DNA from: Nitrosopumilus sp.
GTDB lineage: Archaea; Thermoproteota; Nitrososphaeria; Nitrososphaerales; Nitrosopumilaceae
DNA length: 64,000 nucleotides
NCBI GenBank assembly: GCA_965203315.1
Contig: OZ241857.1
Span: 1,408,001 to 1,472,000 of the forward strand
Direction: 5' to 3'
Both the position numbers and the translations under genes were made by a program. Every line of letters begins with the position of its first letter. Position 1 is the first letter of the stretch. The notes below the pieces were generated by a model. The model was not told the DNA's origin, made no database searches, and saw nothing but the letters and a program-made list of their open reading frames with translations. Shown here piece after piece: positions 49,970 to 60,814 of this stretch.

Positions 49970-50964
49970 GTCTAAAAGAGATATCTCGTGGTATGTACAT
50001 AGATGATACTGTACTAGAGTTTATTGTACCGAACGAGATCGATGGAATAGTCTTTGACTGCGACGGTGTACTGGTAGATATATCTGACTCGTACAACTCT
50101 ACAATAATCAAGACATCTCAACACATACTATACGCACAGTCTGTATCTGACGAGATAGTAGAGATACTCTCTTCTGATCTGATGTATGGTATAATCGATG
50201 ACTTTAAAGCTACAGGTATGTTCAACAATGATATCGACATCACATATTCTATTATACTGACTCTTTTAGCTGTAGATAGATTGGGTGGTGATCCAAGTTC
50301 ACTACTCTCTAATGTATACGAGAACGCAACTCTGGGAATAACCGGAGTTGTATCTTATCTGCGTTCACTGCTAGACATATCTGATATAGAAGAGTACTTG
50401 TCGTATCCTAGTGACTCTAGTGTATTGATGCATACTTTTGATCAGCTATTTTATGGACCCGAGTTGTATAACGCGCGATATGGCCTCGAGTCTAAATTTA
50501 CCGAGCCCGGACTCATCAATCGCGACAGAGTGATACTCGATCTTACGCTACTCGATACTTTGACAGAACAGTTTGAGCATATTGCTATGATTACCGGTAG
50601 AGGATACTCTTCGGCACATCACTCGCTGGGTTCACTGCTTGATCGATTTGATATACAAAACTCTCTCTTTTTAGAGGATCAACCTCGTAGTCTAGCAAAA
50701 CCAAATCCTGCTACATTACTCAAGTCGATATCGAACATGGGATGTAAAAATACGATATACGTGGGTGATTCGATGGAAGATCTGAATATGACACGAGCTG
50801 CAAACTTGGGAACGAAGCTACTCTTTTGTGGTGTATACGGTACCAACCATGATCCAAAACGCCGACTAGAGATGCTACAAGATCAACACGTCGATATGTT
50901 GGTCAACTCTATACACGATATACCAAAGATATTAAATTTGGTACAACGTATCAGAGATACATAA
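49966..50964 (+). CDS. HAD-superfamily hydrolase inside his operon
   Basis: [26 protein letters not shown]. Confidence 0.85.
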   Translation: MSLKEISRGMYIDDTVLEFIVPNEIDGIVFDCDGVLVDISDSYNSTIIKTSQHILYAQSVSDEIVEILSSDLMYGIIDDFKATGMFNNDIDITYSIILTLLAVDRLGGDPSSLLSNVYENATLGITGVVSYLRSLLDISDIEEYLSYPSDSSVLMHTFDQLFYGPELYNARYGLESKFTEPGLINRDRVILDLTLLDTLTEQFEHIAMITGRGYSSAHHSLGSLLDRFDIQNSLFLEDQPRSLAKPNPATLLKSISNMGCKNTIYVGDSMEDLNMTRAANLGTKLLFCGVYGTNHDPKRRLEMLQDQHVDMLVNSIHDIPKILNLVQRIRDT

Positions 50965-51545
50965 TGCGTACAGCACAATATAGTCGCGAGACCAAAGAGA
51001 CTAGTGTCTCTGTTACATTAAATATAGATGGCACAGGCACAACTGATGTCAATACTGGTGTTGACTTTATAGATCATCTGTTAGTATCGTTTGCAAAACA
51101 TGCAATGATCGATATCACACTTGTAGCTAAATCATCAGATGGTATAGTACATCATCTGATAGAAGATACTGCAATAGTACTTGGAAAGACAATCGACAAA
51201 GCACTAGGTGATCGTAAGAGTGTTGTTAGATTTGGTCACGCACTAGTACCTATGGATGAGTCTCTTGCAGAGTCTGTAATAGATCTAGTTCGACGTCCTT
51301 ACACCATGATATCTCTCTTGTTGACACGCGACACGATCGAGTCTGTATCTCGTGAAGATATACAGCACTTTATTCTGTCACTAGTACAAAATCTAGATTG
51401 TTGTGTACATGTATTCGTAAAGTATGGTGATAATGATCATCACAAAGTCGAGGCTGCAATAAAGTCACTGGCAGTTGCTCTACGATCTGCTGCAAGCATA
51501 GATCCAAAACAACATGATATTCCTAGTACAAAGGGTTCGATGTAA
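50964..51545 (+). CDS. hisB: Imidazoleglycerol-phosphate dehydratase
   Basis: [30 protein letters not shown]. Confidence 0.95.
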   Translation: MRTAQYSRETKETSVSVTLNIDGTGTTDVNTGVDFIDHLLVSFAKHAMIDITLVAKSSDGIVHHLIEDTAIVLGKTIDKALGDRKSVVRFGHALVPMDESLAESVIDLVRRPYTMISLLLTRDTIESVSREDIQHFILSLVQNLDCCVHVFVKYGDNDHHKVEAAIKSLAVALRSAASIDPKQHDIPSTKGSM

Positions 51546-52145
51546 TTGAGACTTGCAATATTTGATTATGGTGCAGGAAATATCTTTAGCCTCAAAAACT
51601 CAATAGAGAAGACAGGGTCTACAGTAGACGTGATCACTACATTTGATCACAATGTACACTACGATGGACTGTTGTTACCAGGCGTTGGAAACTTTGATCC
51701 AGCTATGTCGAGTATATACAATACAGGAGTACAGTTTACAGAGTATGTTGGAGATACGCCTGTACTGGGCATCTGTCTTGGAATGGAGATGTTCTTTGAA
51801 AAGAGTCAAGAAGGTAACCAACGTGGACTAGACGTTATAGATGGAGATGTAGTTGTACTGCCTGATACCTTTAAAGTTCCTCACATGGGATGGAACGAAC
51901 TTGAGATAAGACGACCAGGCGTTCTACTCGCAGGAGTAAAAGACGCGGCTTGGGTATACTTTGTTCACTCTTATCATGCACGACCAGAATCATCTGATGT
52001 TGTTACGGCCGAGTCCGACTATGGCATCAAGGTACCTGCCGTCATAGAGTCTGCAAATTTTTTCGGGACCCAATTTCATCCAGAAAAGTCTGGCAAGGTT
52101 GGGCAGACGATAATTGCCAACTTTCTCAAAGAGTGTCACAGATGA
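51546..52145 (+). CDS. hisH: IGP synthase glutaminase subunit
   Basis: DYGAGN, PGVGNF, GICLG, PHMGWN, QFHPEKS. Confidence 0.96.
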   Translation: MRLAIFDYGAGNIFSLKNSIEKTGSTVDVITTFDHNVHYDGLLLPGVGNFDPAMSSIYNTGVQFTEYVGDTPVLGICLGMEMFFEKSQEGNQRGLDVIDGDVVVLPDTFKVPHMGWNELEIRRPGVLLAGVKDAAWVYFVHSYHARPESSDVVTAESDYGIKVPAVIESANFFGTQFHPEKSGKVGQTIIANFLKECHR

Positions 52146-52846
52146 AGATAATTCCCGCAATAGATATCATGGATGGCAAAGTTGTACGACTGTACAAGGG
52201 TGATCCAAAACGACAGACCATCTACTCTAACGATCCAGTAATGATCGCCAAGAGATGGGAGTCTGATGGTGCAGATATGCTTCATGTCGTCGATCTCGAC
52301 GGTACAATCGGAACCGGCTCCAATCTAGATATCATACGCGATATACTATCAGCAGTAGATATACCTGTAGAGGTTGCAGGTGGTCTCCGCACACGCTCAC
52401 TTGTAATGGATATGGCAGATATCTGTGATCGTATTGTATTGGGTACACTCGCATTCAATGATCGTGTATTGTTAGAGTCACTCATCGACGAGCTAGGTTC
52501 GTCACGTATAGTGGTATCTACTGATCACCATAATGGAAAAATAGTGACGCATGGATGGCAACAGAGATCAGAGATCGATCTCGTATCAGCTGTAAACGAT
52601 CTCTCGCGTATTGGAGTATCGGAGTTTCTAGTAACAAGCATAGACACAGATGGAACACTAGAGGGACCTGACATCAGATATTTGAGCAAAGTCTGTTCGA
52701 TACCAGACGTAAACATTATTGCAAGCGGTGGTGTATCTGGTGTACACGACATACATGAGATAAAAAAGTATAATCCATTTGGTGTAATATTGGGAAAGGC
52801 TCTATATGATGGCAAGATTACCATACAAGAGGCCGCACAATGTTAA
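52142..52846 (+). CDS. hisA: ProFAR isomerase
   Basis: [40 protein letters not shown]. Confidence 0.95.
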   Translation: MKIIPAIDIMDGKVVRLYKGDPKRQTIYSNDPVMIAKRWESDGADMLHVVDLDGTIGTGSNLDIIRDILSAVDIPVEVAGGLRTRSLVMDMADICDRIVLGTLAFNDRVLLESLIDELGSSRIVVSTDHHNGKIVTHGWQQRSEIDLVSAVNDLSRIGVSEFLVTSIDTDGTLEGPDIRYLSKVCSIPDVNIIASGGVSGVHDIHEIKKYNPFGVILGKALYDGKITIQEAAQC

Positions 52847-53631
52847 CGAAAAGGATCATTCCATGTCTTGATGTCAAGGATGGTCGAGTAGTCAAAGGAT
52901 TAAACTTTGAGTCCATACGCGATGCAGGTGACCCAATAGAACTCGCAGCGCGATATAGCGACGAGGGCGCAGACGAGTTGATATTTCTAGATATCACTGC
53001 GTCTGGAGAACAACGAAAGACGCTCAAAGAGTTGGTGCGTGATGTAGCTACCGTAATTGATATACCGTTTACGGTAGGCGGTGGAATACACTCGCTTGAA
53101 GACGCGCGTGAGATTCTACTGCATGGTGCAGACAAGGTTGGAGTCAATACAGGCGCAGTTAGAGATCCTCAGGTTATAACTAGACTTATGGAGATCTTTG
53201 GTAGACAGTGTATAGTAGTTGCAATAGATGCAAAGCGAAACTATGGTTCTGGTGGAACAAATCTATTTGACGATGGGTCGTACTGGTTTGAGGTCTATAC
53301 ATATGGCGGTTCAAAGAGTACAGGACTCGATGCAATATCGTGGGCCAAAGAGGTTCAACAGTTAGGAGCAGGTGAGATACTATTAACCAGCATAGATAGA
53401 GATGGAACAAAGGATGGATATGACATACCGTTGACGAACGCAATCTCTGACGCTGTATCTATTCCTGTAATTGCGTCGGGCGGGTGTGGCTCACCTGATC
53501 ATATGGTGGATGTCTTTAAACGATCCAAAGTTGATGCAGCACTAGCAGCATCGATATTTCATTATCAGACACACGGTGTACAAAGAGTAAAACAGTACAT
53601 ACAAGACCATGGTATTCATGTACGATTATAA
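52840..53631 (+). CDS. hisF: IGP synthase cyclase subunit
   Basis: [43 protein letters not shown]. Confidence 0.97.
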   Translation: MLTKRIIPCLDVKDGRVVKGLNFESIRDAGDPIELAARYSDEGADELIFLDITASGEQRKTLKELVRDVATVIDIPFTVGGGIHSLEDAREILLHGADKVGVNTGAVRDPQVITRLMEIFGRQCIVVAIDAKRNYGSGGTNLFDDGSYWFEVYTYGGSKSTGLDAISWAKEVQQLGAGEILLTSIDRDGTKDGYDIPLTNAISDAVSIPVIASGGCGSPDHMVDVFKRSKVDAALAASIFHYQTHGVQRVKQYIQDHGIHVRL

Positions 53632-53655
53632 TATCAGTTGTATTCTGTACGTTTG

Positions 53656-53982
53656 ATGGACATATCTATAGACGAGATCGATTTTGACAAAGGTGGTGGT
53701 CTAGTACCTGTTATTGTTCAAGACTACAAGACACGAGACGTTTTAACCCTAGCATATACAAACCGCGAGTCACTGAAACTTGCACAAGAGACATCTAAAT
53801 CATGGTTTTGGAGTCGTTCTCGTAATAAACTATGGATGAAGGGAGAAGAGTCTGGTAACACTCAGGCCATACGCGAGATACTAGTTGATTGTGACTCTGA
53901 TGCAGTGATATATCTCGTCGAGCCGGCAGGCCCTGCATGTCATCTGGGTAAAGACGTCTGTTTTCATAACAGACTGGTATGA
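53656..53982 (+). CDS. hisI: Phosphoribosyl-AMP cyclohydrolase (monofunctional)
   Basis: WSRSRNKLWMKGEESGN, DCDSD, ACHLG...CF. Confidence 0.95.
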   Translation: MDISIDEIDFDKGGGLVPVIVQDYKTRDVLTLAYTNRESLKLAQETSKSWFWSRSRNKLWMKGEESGNTQAIREILVDCDSDAVIYLVEPAGPACHLGKDVCFHNRLV

Positions 53983-54167
53983 TCGATATCTAGTGTCTTT
54001 ACAGAGTATGATGTGATCTAAATCAAAGTGTACATACCTTGATATTTCTATCTGTGATATTTAACAAACGACGAAATATTTTAGAATAAATTATTTTCAT
54101 TCAATTTCTGATATGCCGATAAATCCATATAATAGATCCGTGATTGATTTAGTTGCAAAATAATCAT

Positions 54168-54721
54168 TTATTTTACCGTTAATGTTTTGATTAAAGATAC
54201 TCCTTGTTTCACATCTTTAGTACTTAACTCCCATCCAACCTCTCCCATCCGTGCCTCAATCTGTTCGTTACCAACACTCTTCATTCTAGATTCATTTAAA
54301 ACATAATGCAACTTTGCTGCATGTGATAATAGTTTTGGTTTTAGACTGCATGCTTTATTGCATTTTATAATCAATGTTTTGATACTATTGTAACCGTCTT
54401 TAGATTTGTTTCGATTCAAAATAAATCTTCCATCATCATTTAATCTATACTTGTATGCATTATAACGTCTTCCAAGTATTCTTTTTCATCTACAAAAGAG
54501 TATGACACCAGATCTTCTAGAGCCATTCCAACCTCTGGACTAAAAGGTCCATAAAAATATGGTCTGAATTCAGCCAGTTCTAGACCACTACACGTTTGCT
54601 GTACGAAATATGTTAGCTTTTGAATCGAAGCCCCTCCAATAATTTCATCACGGTTTTGATTTGAGCCTGATACTCCTTCAGCAATCTCGATTATTGATAA
54701 CAACGTATTATAGACATTCAA
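54168..54721 (-). pseudogene. Frameshifted Panacea/SocA/YwgA-like winged-helix protein
   Basis: IQKLTYF...FRPYFYGPFSPEV...L; adding one A to the A5 run (T at 54482-54486) fuses the two ORFs: DEKRILGRRYNAYKYRLNDDGKIYLNRNK, about 184 aa. Confidence 0.7.
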
Positions 54722-55026
54722 GTCAAATCACTTTCTAATACATTATAGACATTGCAACTGATCCCTGTCCCGCATCAAAGATTGTACGTCTATTCATCTC
54801 TACCAATATATCAAAACTTGCTGCTAAATATAATGTCGGTTATTATGTTGCGGCCTACTCGTAAACACAGATTTGAGGCATTCTGATACCCTCGATCATC
54901 TATTGACTAATCTGAGCATCTATGTTATCTATCTGTGTATATATTCGACACACAGTAATACTAAACTTTTGCGTGAAAAAATATAGTATTACTTAACTTG
55001 ATATTAGGATTTTTTATGTATGTATA

Positions 55027-56253
55027 ATGAGCGTTCAAATAGTATTGAGTAAGCTACGTTGTAGAGAGTGTAGACGCGAGTATGCACAATCTATGAGATA
55101 TGTATGTGATGACTGCTTTGGACCACTAGACGTAATCTATGACACATCTCCTATATCTGCTGATATATTTACAGGTCGTGAACATACTTACTGGCGATAC
55201 TTTGAACTATTACCCATAGAGTCCAAGTCTAATATAGTCAGCCTAGATGCTGGAATGACTCCTCTAATAAAAGCAGAGAAACTAGGTGCCAAACTAGGTC
55301 TGCGCAATCTATACATAAAAAATGACTCTGTTAACCCAACCTTTTCGTTCAAGGACAGACCAGCTGGAGTTGCAGTCTCTAAAGCAAAAGAGTTTGGTCT
55401 ATCGGCAGTAGGATGTGCATCTACTGGTAATCTAGCTTCTGCTACTGCCGCACACGCTGCAAAGGGAGGACTCGACTGTCACATCTTTGCACCTAGCAAT
55501 ATCGAGATGGCAAAGATAACTCAAGCACTATCTTATGGTGCAAACTATGTTGCAGTCGACGGTACATACGATGATGCAAATCGTATAGCTGCACAAATTG
55601 GAGACAGCCGTGGATACGGTATTGTAAACATAAACATGCGCTCACACTATGTCGAAGGTTCCAAGACACTTGCATTCGAGGTTGCCGAACAACTAAACTG
55701 GCAGACTCCTGATCAGCTAGTCGTTCCAGTTGGCAGCGGTGCGATGCTGAATGCGATATGTAAGGGATTTGAAGAACTAGAGTCGGCATCATTGATACAC
55801 GACACATCAAATATGCACATGATTGCAGCACAACCACATGGGTGTGCACCCATAGTTACAGCATTCAAGCAAAAGAGTAACCTTGTCGTACCTGTCGAGA
55901 CTCCTAACACAATTGCCAAGAGTTTAGCTATAGGTGATCCTGGAGATGGACGATATGTACTAAAACGTCTAGCACAATATAACGGATATGCTGAAGAGTG
56001 TACCGATCAAGAGATCTTGTCTGCAATAATATTACTTGCCAAGACCGAAGGAATATTCACCGAACCTGCAGGTGGTGTATCGGTTGCTGTTCTACAAAAG
56101 ATGATCCAGCAAGGAAAGATTGACTCTAATGATTGTACTGTGTGTTATGTTACTGGCAATGGACTAAAAGCAACAGAGTCTATAATGTCTGTGCTTAAAA
56201 AACCTGATATCATCAAAGCTGATATTAACGAGGTTGCAAAGGTGGTACTATGA
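55027..56253 (+). CDS. thrC: Threonine synthase (with N-terminal Zn ribbon)
   Basis: NPTFSFKDR, CASTGN, EGSKT, PVGSG, EPAGG, VTGNGLK. Confidence 0.9.
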   Translation: MSVQIVLSKLRCRECRREYAQSMRYVCDDCFGPLDVIYDTSPISADIFTGREHTYWRYFELLPIESKSNIVSLDAGMTPLIKAEKLGAKLGLRNLYIKNDSVNPTFSFKDRPAGVAVSKAKEFGLSAVGCASTGNLASATAAHAAKGGLDCHIFAPSNIEMAKITQALSYGANYVAVDGTYDDANRIAAQIGDSRGYGIVNINMRSHYVEGSKTLAFEVAEQLNWQTPDQLVVPVGSGAMLNAICKGFEELESASLIHDTSNMHMIAAQPHGCAPIVTAFKQKSNLVVPVETPNTIAKSLAIGDPGDGRYVLKRLAQYNGYAEECTDQEILSAIILLAKTEGIFTEPAGGVSVAVLQKMIQQGKIDSNDCTVCYVTGNGLKATESIMSVLKKPDIIKADINEVAKVVL

Positions 56254-57569
56254 CCAACATTGTATTTGTTATACCCTCTGTATTGAACCAAGGCGGTGGC
56301 GAGAGACGTCTAGATATGTCTGTTGACTCATTATCTGCCGCATTTACAAAAGCTGTTGATGTAATGGGATCTGACTTTGAACGACGTGTTTTAGAGTCAG
56401 ATGGTACGCCTCGTTCTCTGATTAATGTGTACATCAATGGCAAGAATGCGCAATTTGTGGGCGGAATGAATTGTACTCTGCATGACGGCGATGAGATATA
56501 CATTCTACCTGCAGTAGCTGGCGGTTCTGATCTATCTGCAGAACAACTAGATCGATTCTCGCGCCAAGTGATGTTGGAGGACATTGGATATCAAGGACAG
56601 ATAAAGTTAGTCGAGTCCAAGGTATGTATAGTTGGAACTGGAGGTTTAGGAAATCCCATAACATCGAGACTAGCTGCAATGGGAGTAGGAAGTATGCGAA
56701 TCGTAGATCGTGATGTTATCGAAATGTCTAATTTGCATAGACAGACGATGTTTGATGAAAACGATATAGGCAAGGTAAAGGTCGAAGTAGCTGCTGATAA
56801 ACTACAGAGACTAAATCCATCCTGTAATGTAGAAGCTCTTGCAGTATCTGTAAACGAGTATAATGCAGCCGAGATCATACAAGGATGTGATGTCATAATA
56901 GATGCGCTAGATAGCGTCAATGCTAGATATGCATTAAACAAGGCATGTGTCGAGTCTAACATACCGTTTGTTACAGGAGCTGCAGTTGGTGTATCTGGTC
57001 AGGCATTTACTGTAATGCCTGGCTCTAGCGCGTGTTACTTTTGTCTATTTCCTAGTTTGAATGAAGACGCAATGCCTACATGTAGCATCGAGGGAGTACA
57101 TCCGTCTATACTCTCTATTGTTGGCGGAATCCAAGTTACTGAGGCTGTAAAGATAATTCTTGGTAAAGAGCCGAGTCTTGCTACTCGTATACTGCACATA
57201 GATCTTACCAATCTAGACTTTAACTATACCAAGACTAGTCGCGTCTCAGAGTGCCCCATATGTGGAACAGGAGAGATCACCCCTACTGTAAAAGAGGATC
57301 TGTTACTAGAAGAGCTGTGTGGTCGAGGTCGTGGCAAACGAACATTCTCCATTACACCTACACGTACATTTGATCTAGACATTCCTACAATAACCACATC
57401 TGCAAAACAACAGGGGTTTATAGTCGAGAATCAAGGTGATCTGGGACTATCATTGAGAAACGATCAACTAGCTGTAAACTTTATGAAACGTGGGTCTGCT
57501 GTACTAGTTGGTCCAAAAGACGAGACTGCTGCTGTTACTCTGTACAAGAGTCTATTGAATAGCGCATGA
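56250..57569 (+). CDS. Ubiquitin-like (MoaD/SAMP) domain fused to ThiF/MoeB E1-like adenylyltransferase
   Basis: Beta-grasp ending ILPAVAGG, then RFSRQ, GTGGLG, SNLHRQ, CYFC, PTC..EG, CPIC. Confidence 0.9.
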   Translation: MTNIVFVIPSVLNQGGGERRLDMSVDSLSAAFTKAVDVMGSDFERRVLESDGTPRSLINVYINGKNAQFVGGMNCTLHDGDEIYILPAVAGGSDLSAEQLDRFSRQVMLEDIGYQGQIKLVESKVCIVGTGGLGNPITSRLAAMGVGSMRIVDRDVIEMSNLHRQTMFDENDIGKVKVEVAADKLQRLNPSCNVEALAVSVNEYNAAEIIQGCDVIIDALDSVNARYALNKACVESNIPFVTGAAVGVSGQAFTVMPGSSACYFCLFPSLNEDAMPTCSIEGVHPSILSIVGGIQVTEAVKIILGKEPSLATRILHIDLTNLDFNYTKTSRVSECPICGTGEITPTVKEDLLLEELCGRGRGKRTFSITPTRTFDLDIPTITTSAKQQGFIVENQGDLGLSLRNDQLAVNFMKRGSAVLVGPKDETAAVTLYKSLLNSA

Positions 57570-57982
57570 AATTTCTGACACTTGATCTCACAAAATTAGA
57601 TTTTATAGATGTATTCAAATTTTGTTGAGATTGAGATTGTATTCAATAAATGCTCTAGTTGATATCTATTGAAGAGATCAGATAAGTGTCTTTAATGGGA
57701 TCTTTGTCAACTTGCGAGGCATGTAAGATTACTCGTAACTAAATTTCAGGTTCTAACATGTGTAAAACACCAAGTTTTTTAGTTTTGTACCCTGACTGTT
57801 TAATCTCTTGCGAGTTGAAGAGATCCATTTGAATTGGCAAGTTTTACGAATCATGAAATTATAAAACTCTTGCTTTGCGAAAAAATTCTGACTAGGAATG
57901 ATTTATTGGTCGTAGATGTGTTTCTTTTTTAACCATCTATATTTGAGTTAACTGATATATGGTATTATGTATAATACATGTC

Positions 57983-58684
57983 ATGGCAATCATATATGGA
58001 AAATCAGATGCAGAAAAAGAATTACTACGTATTTTACCAAAAGAAGTAAAGAGCCTTGAGGATGTATACAACATCAAATTCAAATTTGAAGATAGACTAA
58101 AAAACACAAAGGGATTTTGGGGCTTTATCAAAAGACGGTATTATAGATACCAGTTATCTAAATTTGAGGGACGAGAGTTTAAGATTTGGTACAAGGGAGC
58201 ATCAGGTGAAAAAAAGACATTATACAAATTACTAAAATTAAACAATTCATATCATGTTCTAGTAGGGTTGAGATATAAAAATAGACGTCGTAAAACAGTA
58301 CAGTTTGATTTTGTTGTGGTGGGTCACACAGGGGTGTATTTACTAGAGGTAAAACATTGGTCAGATTCTTATGCCAAGTCACCTGATAAAGATCCCTTTA
58401 AACAAACTACGAGAGAAGAAGACGCACTTTATGAATTATTTGGTCTTGGGTTTTATTGGGGAGGTGATTTTGCTATTAAATCAATTATATTGTCAATAAA
58501 AAATAACATATTGCCAAATTCTGATTATCAAAATATACAAACAACTGGTTTAAACAATATCTATAATATTATAACAGGAAATAGAGATATTATGTCAAAA
58601 AAGACCGTTTTAAAATTGGTAGAAAAATTGACGAGAAAATGTACTTATGAACAACATACTGAATATCAATCTCCTAATGAATAA
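57983..58684 (+). CDS. NERD-domain nuclease (AT-rich)
   Basis: GASGE, QFDFVVVGHTGVYLLEVKHWS, DPFKQ. Confidence 0.85.
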   Translation: MAIIYGKSDAEKELLRILPKEVKSLEDVYNIKFKFEDRLKNTKGFWGFIKRRYYRYQLSKFEGREFKIWYKGASGEKKTLYKLLKLNNSYHVLVGLRYKNRRRKTVQFDFVVVGHTGVYLLEVKHWSDSYAKSPDKDPFKQTTREEDALYELFGLGFYWGGDFAIKSIILSIKNNILPNSDYQNIQTTGLNNIYNIITGNRDIMSKKTVLKLVEKLTRKCTYEQHTEYQSPNE

Positions 58685-59140
58685 TGAATTGTAACGCTGT
58701 ACATTCAGGCTGATGACTTTATTGTTACTAGGATCACAGAAGCACATAACACCTCTTTGTATGGTTGTTTAGTTGCACCATTTCATAAAAATACGTTGAT
58801 CAGTGGTTTACATAACTATCTCAAAGTGTACCCACACGTATTGAATTTCGTCAAAATCGTCCACTCTGGGTTGATGATGCACTCGGACACGAAAATCAAT
58901 CGTCTCATCAAAACTCATATCAGAATGTAATACTATGATATCTCACATCTTATACATGTCGGTCTCAAGGATCGCTACATTCATGAGATCAAGTATAGTT
59001 TGAGACTGACATATCAATCGTACCTGAACTGAATCATAGTAATGAACAAATCGGTTATAGTCTTTAAATACAAACTTTAGAAAGAGACATCAAATAGATT
59101 ATACATTAATGCTTAATTACAAAAATGTAGACACATAATA

Positions 59141-60769
59141 TTGAACAAACCTCATTATGAGTATCGAATAATCCAAAAGATCGATGCAGATCTACTTCCA
59201 AAGCGAGTTCCAAAGAGGATCCGTACCATCATATCTAGCATCTCGCCTGATGATATAGTATCGTCTGCATCGATTCTTACTAAATATGGCCAAGAACTAG
59301 GCGAGATAAACGCTCACTATCCAAAGAATGTGATCTCGTTTGCATTACATGCAGCATACAAGATGAATCTAGTAGAGAGATTGAACGATAATCAGATCCC
59401 AGATTGGTTCCAAAACCTCGATACAGTAGTCTATTGGTCGTCACAACTACGTGGCAGCAGATACAAGAACACAAAAGATGTAGGTACCGGAGGCACTAGG
59501 CCCGTATATCTATATCATCTATGGAACTTTAACAAATGGATCAAAGATCGAATGTTCAAGATAACTATACTAGAGGGCGCCGGCACTAGCATCTTTACTC
59601 AGCGTACCACTATGCGTAAATTTCAAACGGTTGAGGAGGTACTACGACTATTAGACCAACCCATGGTCGATCCCAAGAATGTAATTCGTATAGTTAAACA
59701 GTATCTACTTGATCCCACACATTTACACAAAAAAGCAACATACATGTCAACAATAAAGAATGCACTACAGTCTTATTTTGTAAAGAATGAACATGAAATA
59801 CACATACATTATAATCCAAAGAACTTGCACAGTACCGAATCTGAAGAGCAGAGTATGTCCCTGTCCGATCTTAGAAAATTCCTAACAGTATCCTCGGTAA
59901 TTGAACGAGCAGTGTTTCTCTCAAAGTTTCAGCGAGGTCTAGATGCATCAACACTAGTAGATCGATTCAACTTTGTTGTATGGGATCAACTGGTATCTCA
60001 CTTTGGCGATTTAGATCATACTAGGTGGGATCTCTCAAAGTGTCCAGTACCTATACGGTGCGTCAGAATGAAGACTGATTTCAAACATACTGGTTTTTTA
60101 GATCGTGATGCAATATCTGCTATAATCACATATCTGGATCATAGACAAACAAAGACTGGAAGATCTATGAGTACAAACCAACCACTATTCATAAACAAGT
60201 TTGGCAATCCAATAACAACAACTTGGATATTCCGTAGCTTTGCAAAACTAGCAAAAGAGTCTTCAATTCAAAACTGTACCGAAGTTGACGGGAAACGTTT
60301 CTACAAACTAGACTCACATGAATTACGCGATCTCTTAAAGTCGACTCTGATCGATTCTGGATGCAGACTCGATGTCGCCGAACACGTCATAGGCCACAAA
60401 CCACGTGACTCGTACGAAAAACAGTCCAAACTATATCCCGAGACTATGCGCAACGAGTATGCAAAAGCGTCCTCTAGACTGAATCTCATGTCGACATCAG
60501 TCTCTACGTCTGATCATCCTCTAGACAATGACATCCAAAACAGTATGCAAAGTATACAAACCATCACAAACTCTACAAAACAGTACACGCAACTCCAATC
60601 AACGCATGTACAAAAAGATAACTTTAGAAATATAGAATATGCAGATATCCAATCTCATATATCCAATTTACAAAATACCGTATTTGCACTAACCAAGATA
60701 TTCAATCAAAGTATGTGTGCTGATTGTAATACAATACATGTCAATCCTTGCCCAAACCACAGTATCTAG
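59141..60769 (+). CDS. Tyrosine recombinase/integrase, atypical first catalytic box
   Basis: FQRGLDASTL, RMKT, PLF, SHELRDLLKS (HxxR), VIGH, DSY. Confidence 0.85.
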   Translation: MNKPHYEYRIIQKIDADLLPKRVPKRIRTIISSISPDDIVSSASILTKYGQELGEINAHYPKNVISFALHAAYKMNLVERLNDNQIPDWFQNLDTVVYWSSQLRGSRYKNTKDVGTGGTRPVYLYHLWNFNKWIKDRMFKITILEGAGTSIFTQRTTMRKFQTVEEVLRLLDQPMVDPKNVIRIVKQYLLDPTHLHKKATYMSTIKNALQSYFVKNEHEIHIHYNPKNLHSTESEEQSMSLSDLRKFLTVSSVIERAVFLSKFQRGLDASTLVDRFNFVVWDQLVSHFGDLDHTRWDLSKCPVPIRCVRMKTDFKHTGFLDRDAISAIITYLDHRQTKTGRSMSTNQPLFINKFGNPITTTWIFRSFAKLAKESSIQNCTEVDGKRFYKLDSHELRDLLKSTLIDSGCRLDVAEHVIGHKPRDSYEKQSKLYPETMRNEYAKASSRLNLMSTSVSTSDHPLDNDIQNSMQSIQTITNSTKQYTQLQSTHVQKDNFRNIEYADIQSHISNLQNTVFALTKIFNQSMCADCNTIHVNPCPNHSI

Positions 60770-60814
60770 TCTCAAACTTTAAAACATAAAAAACACACGT
60801 ACAATTCTCATATA

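Noticed and set aside
31151-57585. 16 bp inverted match (tcaagtgtcagaaatt near 31151 and aatttctgacacttga at 57570)
   Set aside because: Probably ends of another degenerate MITE; element limits could not be defined
58690-59100. Possible gene remnant between NERD and integrase
   Set aside because: Stops in the frames examined and no recognisable motif
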